A DNA stretch of 64,000 nt. Source: Clostridia bacterium (lineage in GTDB: Bacteria; Bacillota; Clostridia; Oscillospirales; CAG-272). Below, piece after piece: positions 9,953 through 19,838 of the stretch (its first letter is position 1; every line of letters starts with the position of its first letter). Under the pieces are notes generated by a model. It ran no database searches, had not been told where the DNA came from, and worked only from the letters and a program-made list of their open reading frames with translations. Both the position numbers and the translations under genes were made by a program. The DNA is taken from contig JAFQOX010000105.1 in NCBI GenBank assembly GCA_017412045.1, forward strand, positions 43,120-107,119, written 5' to 3'.

Positions 9953-11104
9953 ATGAACGATAAAAAACACATTACGGTTCTGGGCTCTACGGGCTCTATC
10001 GGAACGCAGGCGCTGGACGTTGCCGAATTTTCGGATGACACCGTCGACGCGCTTGCCTTCGGTTCCAATATCAAGCTCGGAGAAGCGCAGATTCGTAAAT
10101 TCAAGCCGAAATTCGTCGCCGTCAGCGATGAACGGTCGGCAGATCAGCTGCGAATCGCCATAGCGGATACCGATACGAAAATCGTAGACGGCGAAGATTG
10201 CGTTTGCAGAATGCTTTGCGAATTGCAGTCGGACGTTTGTATCAACGCGATCAGCGGCTTTAACGGCTTGCGCCCGACTTTGCAAGCGATCAAACAGTTT
10301 CGCCGTATCGGTCTGGCAAACAAGGAAACCATCGTTGCTGCCGGCGAAATCGTCAAAGCAAGCGCGGCTGAGAATCATTGCGAGATTATCCCCGTCGACA
10401 GTGAGCACAGCGCCATTTTTCAATGTCTGGAGGGCAATCGCCGAAAAGAAATCCGTCGGATTCTTCTGACCTGCTCCGGCGGTCCCTTTTTCGGAGCCGA
10501 TCCGGACAGATTGAAAAACGTGACCGTTGCAGAAGCACTCGGTCATCCAACGTGGAGCATGGGCGCGAAAATTACGATCGACAGCGCCACCTTGATGAAT
10601 AAGGGCCTGGAGCTGATCGAAGCCATGCATTTGTTCGACGTATCACCTGACAAGATCGAGGTCGTGGTCCACCGCGAAAGCATCATCCATTCCATGGTTG
10701 AATATCAGGACAGAGCGATTCTTGCACAGCTCGGCGCGTCGGATATGCGTATTCCGATTCAATATGCGATCACCTATCCCGAACGGATCGAATCTCCAAG
10801 CGAACCGCTTGATTTTTTCAAGATTGGCAAGCTGACGTTCTTCGAGCCGGATAGAACGGCGTTTCCGTTGCTTGCGTTGGCGGAACGGACGGCGAGGGCG
10901 GGAGGTGTTCTTCCTTGCGTCATGAACGCCGCAAACGAGGAAGCGGTTGCATATTTCTTAAAAGAAAAAATTACGTTTACCGAAATTTCGGAATTGGTGT
11001 GCGATATTACGGAGAATTACCGTAACATTAAGACTCCGTCGCTTTCCGATATTGAGGAAGCCAATGTTCTGGCAAGAGAGCTTGTCAGAACCAAAATGAT
11101 CTGA
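9953..11104 (+). CDS. dxr: 1-deoxy-D-xylulose-5-phosphate reductoisomerase
   Basis: 383 aa. N-terminal ITVLGSTGSIGTQALDV NADPH-binding motif; also LANKE and SEHSAIFQC. Confidence 0.96.
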   Translation: MNDKKHITVLGSTGSIGTQALDVAEFSDDTVDALAFGSNIKLGEAQIRKFKPKFVAVSDERSADQLRIAIADTDTKIVDGEDCVCRMLCELQSDVCINAISGFNGLRPTLQAIKQFRRIGLANKETIVAAGEIVKASAAENHCEIIPVDSEHSAIFQCLEGNRRKEIRRILLTCSGGPFFGADPDRLKNVTVAEALGHPTWSMGAKITIDSATLMNKGLELIEAMHLFDVSPDKIEVVVHRESIIHSMVEYQDRAILAQLGASDMRIPIQYAITYPERIESPSEPLDFFKIGKLTFFEPDRTAFPLLALAERTARAGGVLPCVMNAANEEAVAYFLKEKITFTEISELVCDITENYRNIKTPSLSDIEEANVLARELVRTKMI

Positions 11105-11125
11105 ATCCCCAAGGAGGAGCCATAG

Positions 11126-12184
11126 ATGCTGCTTTTATATATTATAGTGGCAATTTTGATGTTCGGCTTTCTGATCTTTATTCACGAACTCGGACATTTT
11201 TTGACAGCTCGTCTTTTTCACGTTACGATATACGAATTTGCGATCGGCATGGGTCCGAAGCTGATTTCATGGAAATCAAAGAAAAACAATACCGCGTATT
11301 CTCTGCGCGCCCTTCCCATCGGCGGCTTCGTCAGCATGGCTGGCGAGGATGAAGAATCCAACGATGAAGGATCTCTGCGAAACAAGAAGGTTTGGCAGAG
11401 GATGGTCGTTACCGCCGCCGGATCCGTTTTCAATCTTGTTTTCGGCTTGATCGTTATGCTTTTGATCGTGTCTTTTTCGACACAGATCGGTTCGACCACC
11501 GTCAAAGGATTTCCGCAGGGCGCAACCTCTGTGCAGACCGAAACCAAGGACGGACTGTTGCCGAACGATGAGATTATCGAAATCGCCGGAAAAAAAGTCC
11601 ACGTCTTTTACGACCTCTCTTATAAAATTTCCAGATATGCCGTAGAGCCCGTCGATATCACCGTTATTCGTGACGGAAAGACCGTTCAGCTTTCCGACGT
11701 CGTTTTCCCCACGACGGTCGATCAGGGTGTGACGTTTGCGCAGCGCGATTTCAGCGTATATGCGGCAGAAAAAACACCGGGAACCGTTTTGAAAACGGCA
11801 TTTTATCAATCCGTCTATACCGTTCGTATGGTATTCGATTCTCTGTATGATCTTTTCACGGGACGGCTTGGTATTGAACAAATGTCGGGTCCCGTCGGCA
11901 TTACGTCCATTATCACGGATGCGGCACAGGATGCCGTCGTGAATAAGGACGGCTCGTATCTCTTCATGCTTTTCGTTATTCTGGCAATGAATCTGGGTTG
12001 TATGAACCTGCTCCCCATCCCCGCGCTGGACGGCGGCCGTCTCGTTTTTCTTCTGATCGAGGGTATCACGAGGAAGCCGGTAAACGCCAAAATAGAAAGC
12101 GCTGTTCACCTGGCAGGAATGGCTATGCTCCTCTTTTTCATGTTGATGGTTACCTTTAAGGATGTTTTTTCCCTGATTGTATAA
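11126..12184 (+). CDS. rseP: RIP site-2 zinc metalloprotease RseP/YluC
   Basis: 352 aa. HELGH in the first TM, central PDZ-like segment, NLLPIPALDGG near the C-terminus. Confidence 0.92.
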   Translation: MLLLYIIVAILMFGFLIFIHELGHFLTARLFHVTIYEFAIGMGPKLISWKSKKNNTAYSLRALPIGGFVSMAGEDEESNDEGSLRNKKVWQRMVVTAAGSVFNLVFGLIVMLLIVSFSTQIGSTTVKGFPQGATSVQTETKDGLLPNDEIIEIAGKKVHVFYDLSYKISRYAVEPVDITVIRDGKTVQLSDVVFPTTVDQGVTFAQRDFSVYAAEKTPGTVLKTAFYQSVYTVRMVFDSLYDLFTGRLGIEQMSGPVGITSIITDAAQDAVVNKDGSYLFMLFVILAMNLGCMNLLPIPALDGGRLVFLLIEGITRKPVNAKIESAVHLAGMAMLLFFMLMVTFKDVFSLIV

Positions 12185-12196
12185 GAGGAGGTTTCT

Positions 12197-13282
12197 ATGA
12201 CGAACTATAACGAACGCAGAAAGTCCCGAGTCCTTCGCATTGGAAGCGTTGCGATCGGAGGCGATTCTCCGATCGCCGTACAGTCCATGACGAATACGGA
12301 CTCTCACGATTTTGAATCCACTTACCGACAGATGAAGGAACTGGAGGAAGCAGGCTGTGATATCGTGCGCTTGACTCTCCCCGACGTCGAGGCGTGCGAA
12401 ACGGTCGCGCGATTGAAAAAAAGCGATCTGAAAATCCCGCTTGTCGGTGATATTCACTTTAACTATAAAGTCGCTCTGGCGGCAGCCGAGGCGGGAATTG
12501 ACAAAATCAGGATCAATCCCGGCAATATCGGCTCCGACGAGAAGGTCAAGGCGGTCGCCGATCAATGCAGAGCGCGCGGAATTCCGATCCGCATCGGTGT
12601 CAACAGCGGCTCTTTGGAGAAGCATATCCTTGAAAAATACGGCGCTCCCGTTCCCGCCGCGCTCGCTGAAAGCGCGATGTATCACGCGGGACTGCTTGAA
12701 AAATTCGGATTTGAGGATATTGCGATCTCCATCAAATCCAGCGACGTGCGCAATATGATTGAAGCCAACCGTATTGTGGCGGCGCAATGCGACTATCCTC
12801 TCCACATCGGTGTCACCGAGGCGGGAAGAGGCGCGTCGGGAACCTTGAAGTCGGCGATCGGCATCGGTACCCTGCTTTGCGAAGGTATCGGCGATACCAT
12901 CCGCGTTTCTTTGACGGACTCTCCCGTCAGGGAAATCGAAGCAGGCCGTTCTATTTTGAGAGCCTGCGGTTGCTCTGAAGAAAATTTCATCAACGTCGTT
13001 TCCTGTCCCACCTGTGGACGAACGAAGATTGATTTGATTCATATATGCGAAGAACTCGAAAAAAGATTGAGCGGAATCCGCGTCAATCGGAAAATGACCG
13101 TCGCCGTGATGGGTTGCGTCGTAAACGGACCCGGAGAAGCGGCGGAGGCTGATATCGGAATTGCCGGCGGCAAGGGCGAGGGCATCTTATTCTCTCGCGG
13201 AAAAATTTTGCGCCGTGTTCCGGAAAATCAGTTGCTGGACGAGCTTCTTCTCGAAATTCAAAAATCACAAAATATTTTTTGA
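12197..13282 (+). CDS. ispG: 4-hydroxy-3-methylbut-2-en-1-yl diphosphate synthase (flavodoxin)
   Basis: 361 aa. GcpE family (SPIAVQSMTNTDS, RINPGNIG), C-terminal Fe-S cysteines CPTCGR...GCVVNGPGE. Confidence 0.96.
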   Translation: MTNYNERRKSRVLRIGSVAIGGDSPIAVQSMTNTDSHDFESTYRQMKELEEAGCDIVRLTLPDVEACETVARLKKSDLKIPLVGDIHFNYKVALAAAEAGIDKIRINPGNIGSDEKVKAVADQCRARGIPIRIGVNSGSLEKHILEKYGAPVPAALAESAMYHAGLLEKFGFEDIAISIKSSDVRNMIEANRIVAAQCDYPLHIGVTEAGRGASGTLKSAIGIGTLLCEGIGDTIRVSLTDSPVREIEAGRSILRACGCSEENFINVVSCPTCGRTKIDLIHICEELEKRLSGIRVNRKMTVAVMGCVVNGPGEAAEADIGIAGGKGEGILFSRGKILRRVPENQLLDELLLEIQKSQNIF

Positions 13283-13348
13283 TATTTTGCCAAAATACTT
13301 CCACTATCCAATATGCCGAATGCCATTGGCATATTGGGTAGCATTCTT

Positions 13349-13379
13349 GCGCCCTTTTTTATAAAAGGCGCTTGTTTTT
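13349..13379 (+). terminator. Intrinsic terminator after ispG
   Basis: GCGCC(C)TTTT-ttat-AAAAGGCGC followed by TTGTTTTT. It is preceded by a second palindrome, CCAATATGCC..GGCATATTGG (13308-13337). Confidence 0.6.
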
Positions 13380-13472
13380 GTCTAAAAAGCCCTGATTTTC
13401 TTTTCTTTTTTATATTTTTTGTCCAAAACGAGAAGGGCAGGGAAGTGGTTTGGCGGAAAGGAATTGACGAAA

Positions 13473-16400
13473 ATGCAGAAAAAACCAAAAAATTTGATGC
13501 AAATTTTTTCACGTTATCTCCCGGACGCGGAAAACAGGAGATTTTTGGAAAGCGCTTTGCTGGTCGGAAATATGCGCGTGGATAAAAATTCGCGTATGCT
13601 GGAAGTGGATTTTTCATACGCTTCCTTGATCTCAAAGGCTAAGCTTTATAAGATAGAGGCAGAAATTGAAAAGGCGTACGTTTTACGCTCCGTTCGATTG
13701 TTGCCGAAATATCCGAGTGAGCTTTTTTCGGAGAAGTATTTTCCCGAGATCATGTTTGAGGCTTACCGCACGAATATTATTTCCAAAAGCTTTCTGCAAG
13801 AATATAAGGCGGAATTTAACGGAAACCGTATCGCCATTGAAATTCCATTCGGGATCGGCGGAATCCATTTCATTGAATATAATCATATAGGAAATAAAAT
13901 TTCGGATATTATTTTCCGTGAATTTGGATTAAAATACGAGATCGAGTTTTCTCAAACGGAGGGTTACGTATCCCATCGGGAAGAATGGATGCAAAGTGAG
14001 CTTCGCAAAATGAGGACGAGATCTGCCGCGGCTTCTGCAAACACAGCAAGCCAAAATCAAAGTGCCTCCGGAGAAAACGCGCAAGCGGCGCTTGTCCCGA
14101 CGGAAAAGCGTCCCAGTATTTATCCGAGTGCTGCGATCGTATCGACGGACGATTCCGGCTATTTACATATCGGAAACAGCGTTTTTGATATTGAAGGCGC
14201 GCTTCCTCTCATCGGAGATGCCTTTGAGATCGCACCGTCCCCGATCTTTTATATGACGAGACCGCAATCCTCCGTAATCGCCCTGGGCGAAATTCTCGGA
14301 AAAGAGATCGCAGAAAGAAAGACCAAGGGTAAATATAAGGTTGAATTTTGTGTCACGGACTATGAAGCCACCATCATGGCGCGCTTCGGTGTCACGGATG
14401 AAGAGCTTGTCAAATATCAGGAGCTGTCTGACGGAATGTTTGTAGCCGTCAAGGGTTCGTTGCATTTTGACGAAGCGGACGGCGAGCTGGTCATGACGCC
14501 GCAGGCGATCATGCAGATCAAAAAAGTAGAGCGTATGGATCATGCACCCGAAAAACGCGTGGAACTCCATTTGCACACCAATATGTCCCAGATGGATGCC
14601 ATCATTCCGCCCGACGTTGCCGTCAAAACGGCGCATCGCTGGGGTCACAAAGCCGTCGCCATCACGGACCACGGAAACGTGCAGGGCTATCAGGAAGCAA
14701 TGAAAGCCGCCGCAAAAACGGGCATGAAGGTCATTTACGGCATGGAAGCGTATTATGTCAATGACGAAGAAAAAGCGATTTACGGTGACAGCCGGACGAC
14801 GTTCAAGGACGAATTCATCGTATTTGATATTGAAACGACGGGCTTATCGCCTCTCACCTGTAAGATTACGGAAATCGGCGCCGTTCTGGTCAAAAACGAT
14901 GAGGTTCTTTCCGTGTTCAATACCTTCGTCGATCCGGAAACGCCGATCCCGGACGAAATCGTTCAGCTGACCGGCATTACGGATGAAATGGTCAAGGGCG
15001 CGCCGAAAACGAAGGAAGCCGTACAAAAATTTCTGGATTTTATCGGAGACCGTATGCTGATCGCGCACAACGCCTCCTTTGACATCAGTTTTATACGAAA
15101 AGCCGCGCAGGATCACGGCTTGACCTTCAACAATGCGTATCTGGATACCGTTTCGATGTCTCGTTTTGTCAATCCCGATCTGAAAAAACACAAATTGGAC
15201 GTCATCGCGGAATATTTCGGCTTGGGTAACTTTAATCACCACCGTGCTTCCGACGACGCGGAAATGTGTGCCAGAATCTTTTATCGCATGGTCGAAAAGC
15301 TGGAGGATGACGGCGTTTCGACGGTCGCGCAAATGTCAAACGCCATGGCGGACAGAACGGATCCTCTGAAATTAAACCCGTACCATCTGATTATTCTGGT
15401 AAAAAACGCGGAAGGACTCAAAAATCTGTACAAATTGATTTCCATGAGTTATCTGAAATATTATAAAAAGCGTCCGCGTATCCCCAAAACGCTTCTGGAA
15501 GCCCACCGCGAGGGCTTGATCCTCGGGTCTGCCTGCGAGGCGGGCGAGCTTTACCGTGCCGTTCTGGAGAATAAGCCGTGGGATGAATTGCTTGCTATTG
15601 CTGATTTTTACGATTATCTGGAGATCCAGCCGCTTTCCAATAACAGTTTTATGATCGCCAATAAGACCGTTTCCGGAAACGAGGAATTGATTCGAATCAA
15701 TCAGACGATCATCCGTCTCGGAGACGAGCTGGGTAAGCCGGTGGTCGCAACCTGTGACGCGCATTTTATGGATAAAACGGATGAAATTTACAGAAAGATT
15801 CTTTTGGCGGGAATGAAATTCGACGATGCGGACCGCGATATCGGGCTCTATATGAGAACGACTGAGGAAATGCTCGAGGAATTTTCGTATCTCGGACCCG
15901 AAAAGGCGTATGAGGTCGTCGTTACGAATACCAATCTGATCGCCGATATGACGGAGTCGGGAATCCGACCGTTCCCGGATGGAACATTTACGCCGAAAAT
16001 GGAGGGCGCGGAAGAGGATCTGCGACGTATTTGCTACGAAAGAGCGGAATCTCTTTACGGTTGTCCTTTGCCTCCCATCGTTGAAAAACGCTTGGATAAG
16101 GAATTGACTTCCATCATCAAAAACGGCTTCGCCGTTCTGTATATGATCGCGCAAAAGCTGGTCTGGTACAGCGAACAGCAGGGTTATCTCGTCGGTTCAA
16201 GAGGCTCCGTGGGATCGTCATTCGTCGCTTCCATGGCGGGTATTTCGGAGGTAAATCCCTTGCCGCCGCATTATTATTGTCCATCTTGCCACTATTCCGA
16301 GTTCATTCTGGACGGCTCTTACGGCTCCGGATTCGACTTGCCGGATGCCAAATGCCCCTGTTGCGGAACCGATTTGAGAGGGGACGGACACGATATTCCT

Positions 16401-17873
16401 TTCGAAACCTTCCTCGGCTTTTACGGCGATAAATCGCCCGATATCGACTTGAACTTCTCGGGCGAGGTGCAGGGAAAGGTACATAAGTATACGGAAGAGC
16501 TTTTCGGCGCGGAAAACGTATTCCGCGCGGGAACGATCGGCGGTGTTGCCGATAAAACCGCCTTCGGTTACGCTTCCAAATACGCCGAAGAAAGAAATCT
16601 TTCCGTCAGCAAAGCGGAGATCATTCGCTTGACCAAAAAATGCATCGGCGTCAAGCGTACGACCGGTCAGCACCCGGGCGGCATCGTCGTCGTACCGAAG
16701 GAGTATGATATTTACGATTTCTGTCCCGTTCAGCATCCGGCAGACGACCCGAATTCCAGCATTGTCACGACGCATTTCACGTTCGAATATCTGCATGATA
16801 CGCTTCTGAAGCTGGACGAGCTCGGACACGATATTCCGACAAAATATAAATATCTTGAACGCTTTTCAGGGTTGAACGTCATGGAGCTTCCTATGAACGA
16901 CCAGGACGTTTACGAGCTTTTCCGTTCCACGAAAACGCTCGGCGCAACGCCTGAGGAAATCGGCGGATGCAAGATCGGAACGCTCGGTTTGCCCGAATTC
17001 GGAACCGCATTCGTTATGCCCGTCGTGATCGAAGCGCTTCCGAAAAACTTCAACGACCTTTTGCAGATCTCCGGTCTGACGCACGGAACGGGACTTTGGC
17101 TCGGTAACGCGCAGGATCTGATCAAAAACGGCGTGTGCGATATTTCCAAGGTGGTAGGAACACGAGACAGTATTATGCTTGCGTTGATCCGTTACGGATT
17201 GGATGACAGCACGTCCTTTAAAATCATGGAATTCGTACGCAAGAACAAAGCAGGTAAGCCGATACCGGACAATATGCTGACCGCCATGCGTGAAAAAAAG
17301 GTGGATGAATGGTATATTGACAGTTTGGCGAAAATAAGATACATGTTCCCGAAAGCTCACGCCGCTGCTTACGTAATGAGTGCGATCCGTCTCGGATGGT
17401 TCAAGGTGCATCAACCGATCGTTTTCTACTGCGCTTACTTCAGCGCGGCACCGGACGGCTTCGACGGCTCCGTGGCAGCCAAGGGTAAATCTCAGGTTGC
17501 AAAATTGATCGCAGATATCAAAGCGAAGGACAAAAAGGAGCGCACGCAAAAGGACGATGCCACCGTCGCCGCCATGCAGATCGCGCTGGAATGTCTCGGC
17601 AGAGGCTACCGTTTTTTACCGGTCGACCTCTATAAATCCGACGCAAGAATGTTTCTTCCGGAAAGCAACGGCATCCGATTGCCATTCGGTAGTTTGCCCG
17701 GGCTTGGCGAAGCCGCCGCGTTGAAGCTCCAGGAGGCGCGCGCGGACGGCGAGTATTTCTCGATCGAGGATCTCAAGCAAAGAACGGGAATTTCAAAAGC
17801 AGTCGTGGAAATTCTGGATGCAGGAGGCGTTCTGGAGGGACTTTCCGAAACAAATCAGCTGCGCTTGTTTTAA
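13473..17873 (+). CDS. polC: DNA polymerase III, PolC type
   Basis: About 1466 aa from ATG 13473. PHP domain (ELHLHTNMSQMD), DEDDh exonuclease (FIVFDIETTGLS), zinc-finger cysteines (CPSCHY...CPCCG), Pol III alpha core. The start is uncertain; ATG 13419 and ATG 13497 are alternatives. Confidence 0.95.
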   Translation: MQKKPKNLMQIFSRYLPDAENRRFLESALLVGNMRVDKNSRMLEVDFSYASLISKAKLYKIEAEIEKAYVLRSVRLLPKYPSELFSEKYFPEIMFEAYRTNIISKSFLQEYKAEFNGNRIAIEIPFGIGGIHFIEYNHIGNKISDIIFREFGLKYEIEFSQTEGYVSHREEWMQSELRKMRTRSAAASANTASQNQSASGENAQAALVPTEKRPSIYPSAAIVSTDDSGYLHIGNSVFDIEGALPLIGDAFEIAPSPIFYMTRPQSSVIALGEILGKEIAERKTKGKYKVEFCVTDYEATIMARFGVTDEELVKYQELSDGMFVAVKGSLHFDEADGELVMTPQAIMQIKKVERMDHAPEKRVELHLHTNMSQMDAIIPPDVAVKTAHRWGHKAVAITDHGNVQGYQEAMKAAAKTGMKVIYGMEAYYVNDEEKAIYGDSRTTFKDEFIVFDIETTGLSPLTCKITEIGAVLVKNDEVLSVFNTFVDPETPIPDEIVQLTGITDEMVKGAPKTKEAVQKFLDFIGDRMLIAHNASFDISFIRKAAQDHGLTFNNAYLDTVSMSRFVNPDLKKHKLDVIAEYFGLGNFNHHRASDDAEMCARIFYRMVEKLEDDGVSTVAQMSNAMADRTDPLKLNPYHLIILVKNAEGLKNLYKLISMSYLKYYKKRPRIPKTLLEAHREGLILGSACEAGELYRAVLENKPWDELLAIADFYDYLEIQPLSNNSFMIANKTVSGNEELIRINQTIIRLGDELGKPVVATCDAHFMDKTDEIYRKILLAGMKFDDADRDIGLYMRTTEEMLEEFSYLGPEKAYEVVVTNTNLIADMTESGIRPFPDGTFTPKMEGAEEDLRRICYERAESLYGCPLPPIVEKRLDKELTSIIKNGFAVLYMIAQKLVWYSEQQGYLVGSRGSVGSSFVASMAGISEVNPLPPHYYCPSCHYSEFILDGSYGSGFDLPDAKCPCCGTDLRGDGHDIPFETFLGFYGDKSPDIDLNFSGEVQGKVHKYTEELFGAENVFRAGTIGGVADKTAFGYASKYAEERNLSVSKAEIIRLTKKCIGVKRTTGQHPGGIVVVPKEYDIYDFCPVQHPADDPNSSIVTTHFTFEYLHDTLLKLDELGHDIPTKYKYLERFSGLNVMELPMNDQDVYELFRSTKTLGATPEEIGGCKIGTLGLPEFGTAFVMPVVIEALPKNFNDLLQISGLTHGTGLWLGNAQDLIKNGVCDISKVVGTRDSIMLALIRYGLDDSTSFKIMEFVRKNKAGKPIPDNMLTAMREKKVDEWYIDSLAKIRYMFPKAHAAAYVMSAIRLGWFKVHQPIVFYCAYFSAAPDGFDGSVAAKGKSQVAKLIADIKAKDKKERTQKDDATVAAMQIALECLGRGYRFLPVDLYKSDARMFLPESNGIRLPFGSLPGLGEAAALKLQEARADGEYFSIEDLKQRTGISKAVVEILDAGGVLEGLSETNQLRLF

Positions 17874-17929
17874 ACTGAAATTTTTGCATAAAGAAATCTG
17901 TCAAATTTCAAAAAAATCTGTAAAAAGTA

Positions 17930-17958
17930 TTGAAAAATAATGAAAATCATGTTATACT
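17930..17958 (+). promoter_or_regulatory. Sigma-A-type promoter upstream of hup
   Basis: TTGAAA-17 nt-TATACT, about 50 nt upstream of ATG 18011. Confidence 0.5.
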
Positions 17959-18010
17959 TATTAAGCACGATAAATGAATTTTTTGAAACATTCAAGGAGG
18001 AAAATTGCAT

Positions 18011-18286
18011 ATGAACAAAACTCAATTGATCGACGAAATCGTCGCAAAAACCGGGCTCAAAAAGAAAGACGCAGAAGCTGCTCTCGCCGCTTTCGTTGAC
18101 GTTTTCGCAGACACGCTCGTAAAAGGCGAAAAGGTTCAGATCGCCGGACTCGGCTCTTTTGAAGTAAAGACCAAGGCGCAGAGAATCGGACGCAACCCCA
18201 AGACGCAGGAAACCATCGTCATTCCCGAATCCAAAGCCGTTGCATTTTCTGCCAGCAAGACCCTGAAGGATCTTGTTAATCAGTAA
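18011..18286 (+). CDS. hup: HU-family DNA-binding protein
   Basis: 91 aa from ATG 18011 (MNKTQLIDEIVAK...). GLGSFEVK...RIGRNPKTQE arm region. RBS AAGGAGG 10 nt upstream. Confidence 0.95.
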   Translation: MNKTQLIDEIVAKTGLKKKDAEAALAAFVDVFADTLVKGEKVQIAGLGSFEVKTKAQRIGRNPKTQETIVIPESKAVAFSASKTLKDLVNQ

Positions 18287-18356
18287 TGAACAGCATTTGA
18301 AGTACAGAGCCGTTCTCCATCGGGGACGGCCTGTATTTCACATGAAAGGAATTTTT

Positions 18357-18599
18357 ATGCGATTAGACAAATTTTTGAAGGTTTCCCGCATTATCAAAAG
18401 AAGAACCGTCGCCAACAACGCATGCGACTCCGAGCACGTCAAGGTGAACGGCAAGGATGCAAAGGCTTCCTATGCCGTCAAGGTTGGTGACATCATTGAG
18501 GTGGCTTTCGGCGAGCGTGTCATAAAGATTCGCGTAAAGGATATCAAGGAGCATACCTTGAAAAACGACGCTTCCGAGCTTTACGAAGTCATTTCCTGA
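18357..18599 (+). CDS. yabO: S4-domain RNA-binding protein (YabO-like)
   Basis: 80 aa from ATG 18357 (MRLDKFLKVSRIIKRRTVA... = S4 motif). The yabO-yabP-yabQ-divIC order matches Bacillus. Confidence 0.8.
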   Translation: MRLDKFLKVSRIIKRRTVANNACDSEHVKVNGKDAKASYAVKVGDIIEVAFGERVIKIRVKDIKEHTLKNDASELYEVIS

Positions 18600-18602
18600 T
18601 GG

Positions 18603-18632
18603 CATATTTTTTCACCCTTTCGCATATAAAAT
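18603..18632 (+). promoter_or_regulatory. Sigma-E-like sporulation promoter candidate upstream of yabP
   Basis: gCATATT-14 nt-CATATAAA compared with the published Bacillus sigma-E consensus (ZHATAXX-14-CATACAHT). yabP-yabQ are sigma-E genes in Bacillus. This is a motif match only. Confidence 0.35.
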
Positions 18633-18667
18633 ACTGTGTTATTTTTATTGCGAAAGGGTGAATTATC

Positions 18668-18940
18668 ATGGATACAACGGAAAGCCAAGCTTCGCTTGTT
18701 CTTTATCAAAGAAAAAAATTAAGTCTTTGCGGCATTGAGGACGTCATCAGCTTCGACGAGCTGAGTATCTATTTGATTACGGAAAACGGGAATTTGTTGA
18801 TTGAAGGAGCCGATCTCCATATTACCGTGTTGGACGTTTCTTCGGGTAATATGACTGTGGAGGGTATGATCCGTTCCATTATTTACAACGACAAGGAAGT
18901 CAAGAAAAAAGAAGGCTTCTTTTCAAGGATGATGAAATGA
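18668..18940 (+). CDS. yabP: Sporulation protein YabP
   Basis: 90 aa. LSLCGIEDVISFDELSIYLITENGNLLIEGADLHI pattern typical of YabP. Followed by yabQ with an ATGA overlap. Confidence 0.88.
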   Translation: MDTTESQASLVLYQRKKLSLCGIEDVISFDELSIYLITENGNLLIEGADLHITVLDVSSGNMTVEGMIRSIIYNDKEVKKKEGFFSRMMK

Positions 18941-19467
18941 ACGATTTCTTTTACGATTCATGGCTCGTCATTCTGAAATTTCTGATCCCCGGAATCTTTC
19001 TCGGTGCGGTTTACGATATTTTCCGACTGATCAGAATTGCAAGAAACGATCGTACCTACAACGTCAGGCGCGCCGTCGAAAGACGTTTTTTTCCAAAGAC
19101 GGTCTGCAATGAAAAAACAAAAAAATATATTTCTGAGTATGCGCTTGTGCTGATCGAAGATATTCTGTTTTTTCTGATCGTTGCCGTCACGGAGATCCTC
19201 GCGATCTTTCACCTCAACGGAGGTGAAATCAGAATGGATTGCCTCATGATTTCCGTTGTCGGATTTTTTGTTTATCAAAAAACGTTGGGAAGGCTAATCA
19301 TCTTTTTCTCGGTAAAAATTCTTTACTTGATACGAAAAACGATTTACCTGGTCGTCTGCGTCGTACTGACTCCGATTTTTTTCTTTTCAAAGCAAACCGT
19401 GAAATGCTTCAAGCTCCTGCGCTCAAAACGAAAAGAGAAAACCGCCAAAGATGATTGCACCCTATGA
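18937..19467 (+). CDS. yabQ: Spore cortex biosynthesis protein YabQ
   Basis: 176 aa, multi-TM. Position immediately after yabP. FLGAVYDIFR-type N-terminal region. Confidence 0.8.
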   Translation: MNDFFYDSWLVILKFLIPGIFLGAVYDIFRLIRIARNDRTYNVRRAVERRFFPKTVCNEKTKKYISEYALVLIEDILFFLIVAVTEILAIFHLNGGEIRMDCLMISVVGFFVYQKTLGRLIIFFSVKILYLIRKTIYLVVCVVLTPIFFFSKQTVKCFKLLRSKRKEKTAKDDCTL

Positions 19468-19753
19468 AAGGACGTATGATTTGAAGAAAAAGTCAAAATT
19501 ATTATTACGATTTGTTTTGCTCGCCGTCTTATTGGGGATCCTGATCTATATGATCTCTTTGCAGATTCAGTTGAATAAATTGCAAAAAGAGAGAAATGAA
19601 CTGGCAAATATCGTAGATACCTATAAAACCTCTATTGCGGACATGGAGCGTGAATTGCTGTTGCCAAAAGAAGAATATATTGCAAAATATGCAAGAGAGG
19701 TTTTGGGCTACTATAAATACAGTGATTACATCTTCAAAGAAAAAATCAAATAA
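19451..19753 (+). CDS. Septum formation initiator (FtsB/DivIC family)
   Basis: About 100 aa. A single N-terminal TM followed by a coiled coil (LQIQLNKLQKERNELANIVDTYK). Synteny after yabQ. The start is uncertain; TTG 19481 with a GAAAGGA RBS is an alternative. Confidence 0.75.
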   Translation: MIAPYERTYDLKKKSKLLLRFVLLAVLLGILIYMISLQIQLNKLQKERNELANIVDTYKTSIADMERELLLPKEEYIAKYAREVLGYYKYSDYIFKEKIK

Positions 19754-19773
19754 AAAACCAACCCGTCTTTGTC

Positions 19774-19802
19774 TTGACAATCCTTCCATATTATATTATA
19801 AT
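19774..19802 (+). promoter_or_regulatory. Sigma-A-type promoter upstream of the 98-aa ORF
   Basis: TTGACA-17 nt-TATAAT, both hexamers matching the consensus exactly. Confidence 0.6.
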
Positions 19803-19838
19803 ATGATTGTTCAGATAGGTTTGGAAAGGAGTAAAAAT

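Noticed and set aside
11276-13042. 588-aa minus-strand ORF crossing the rseP/ispG boundary. Similar long antisense ORFs occur at 48819-50642, 23887-25446, 28944-30209, 20724-22022, 61026-62165, 30557-31768, 39939-40958 and 44744-35835-type frames
   Set aside because: Each lies opposite a confidently identified gene, and one even spans two genes and their intergenic RBS. None has a credible start context or recognisable motifs.
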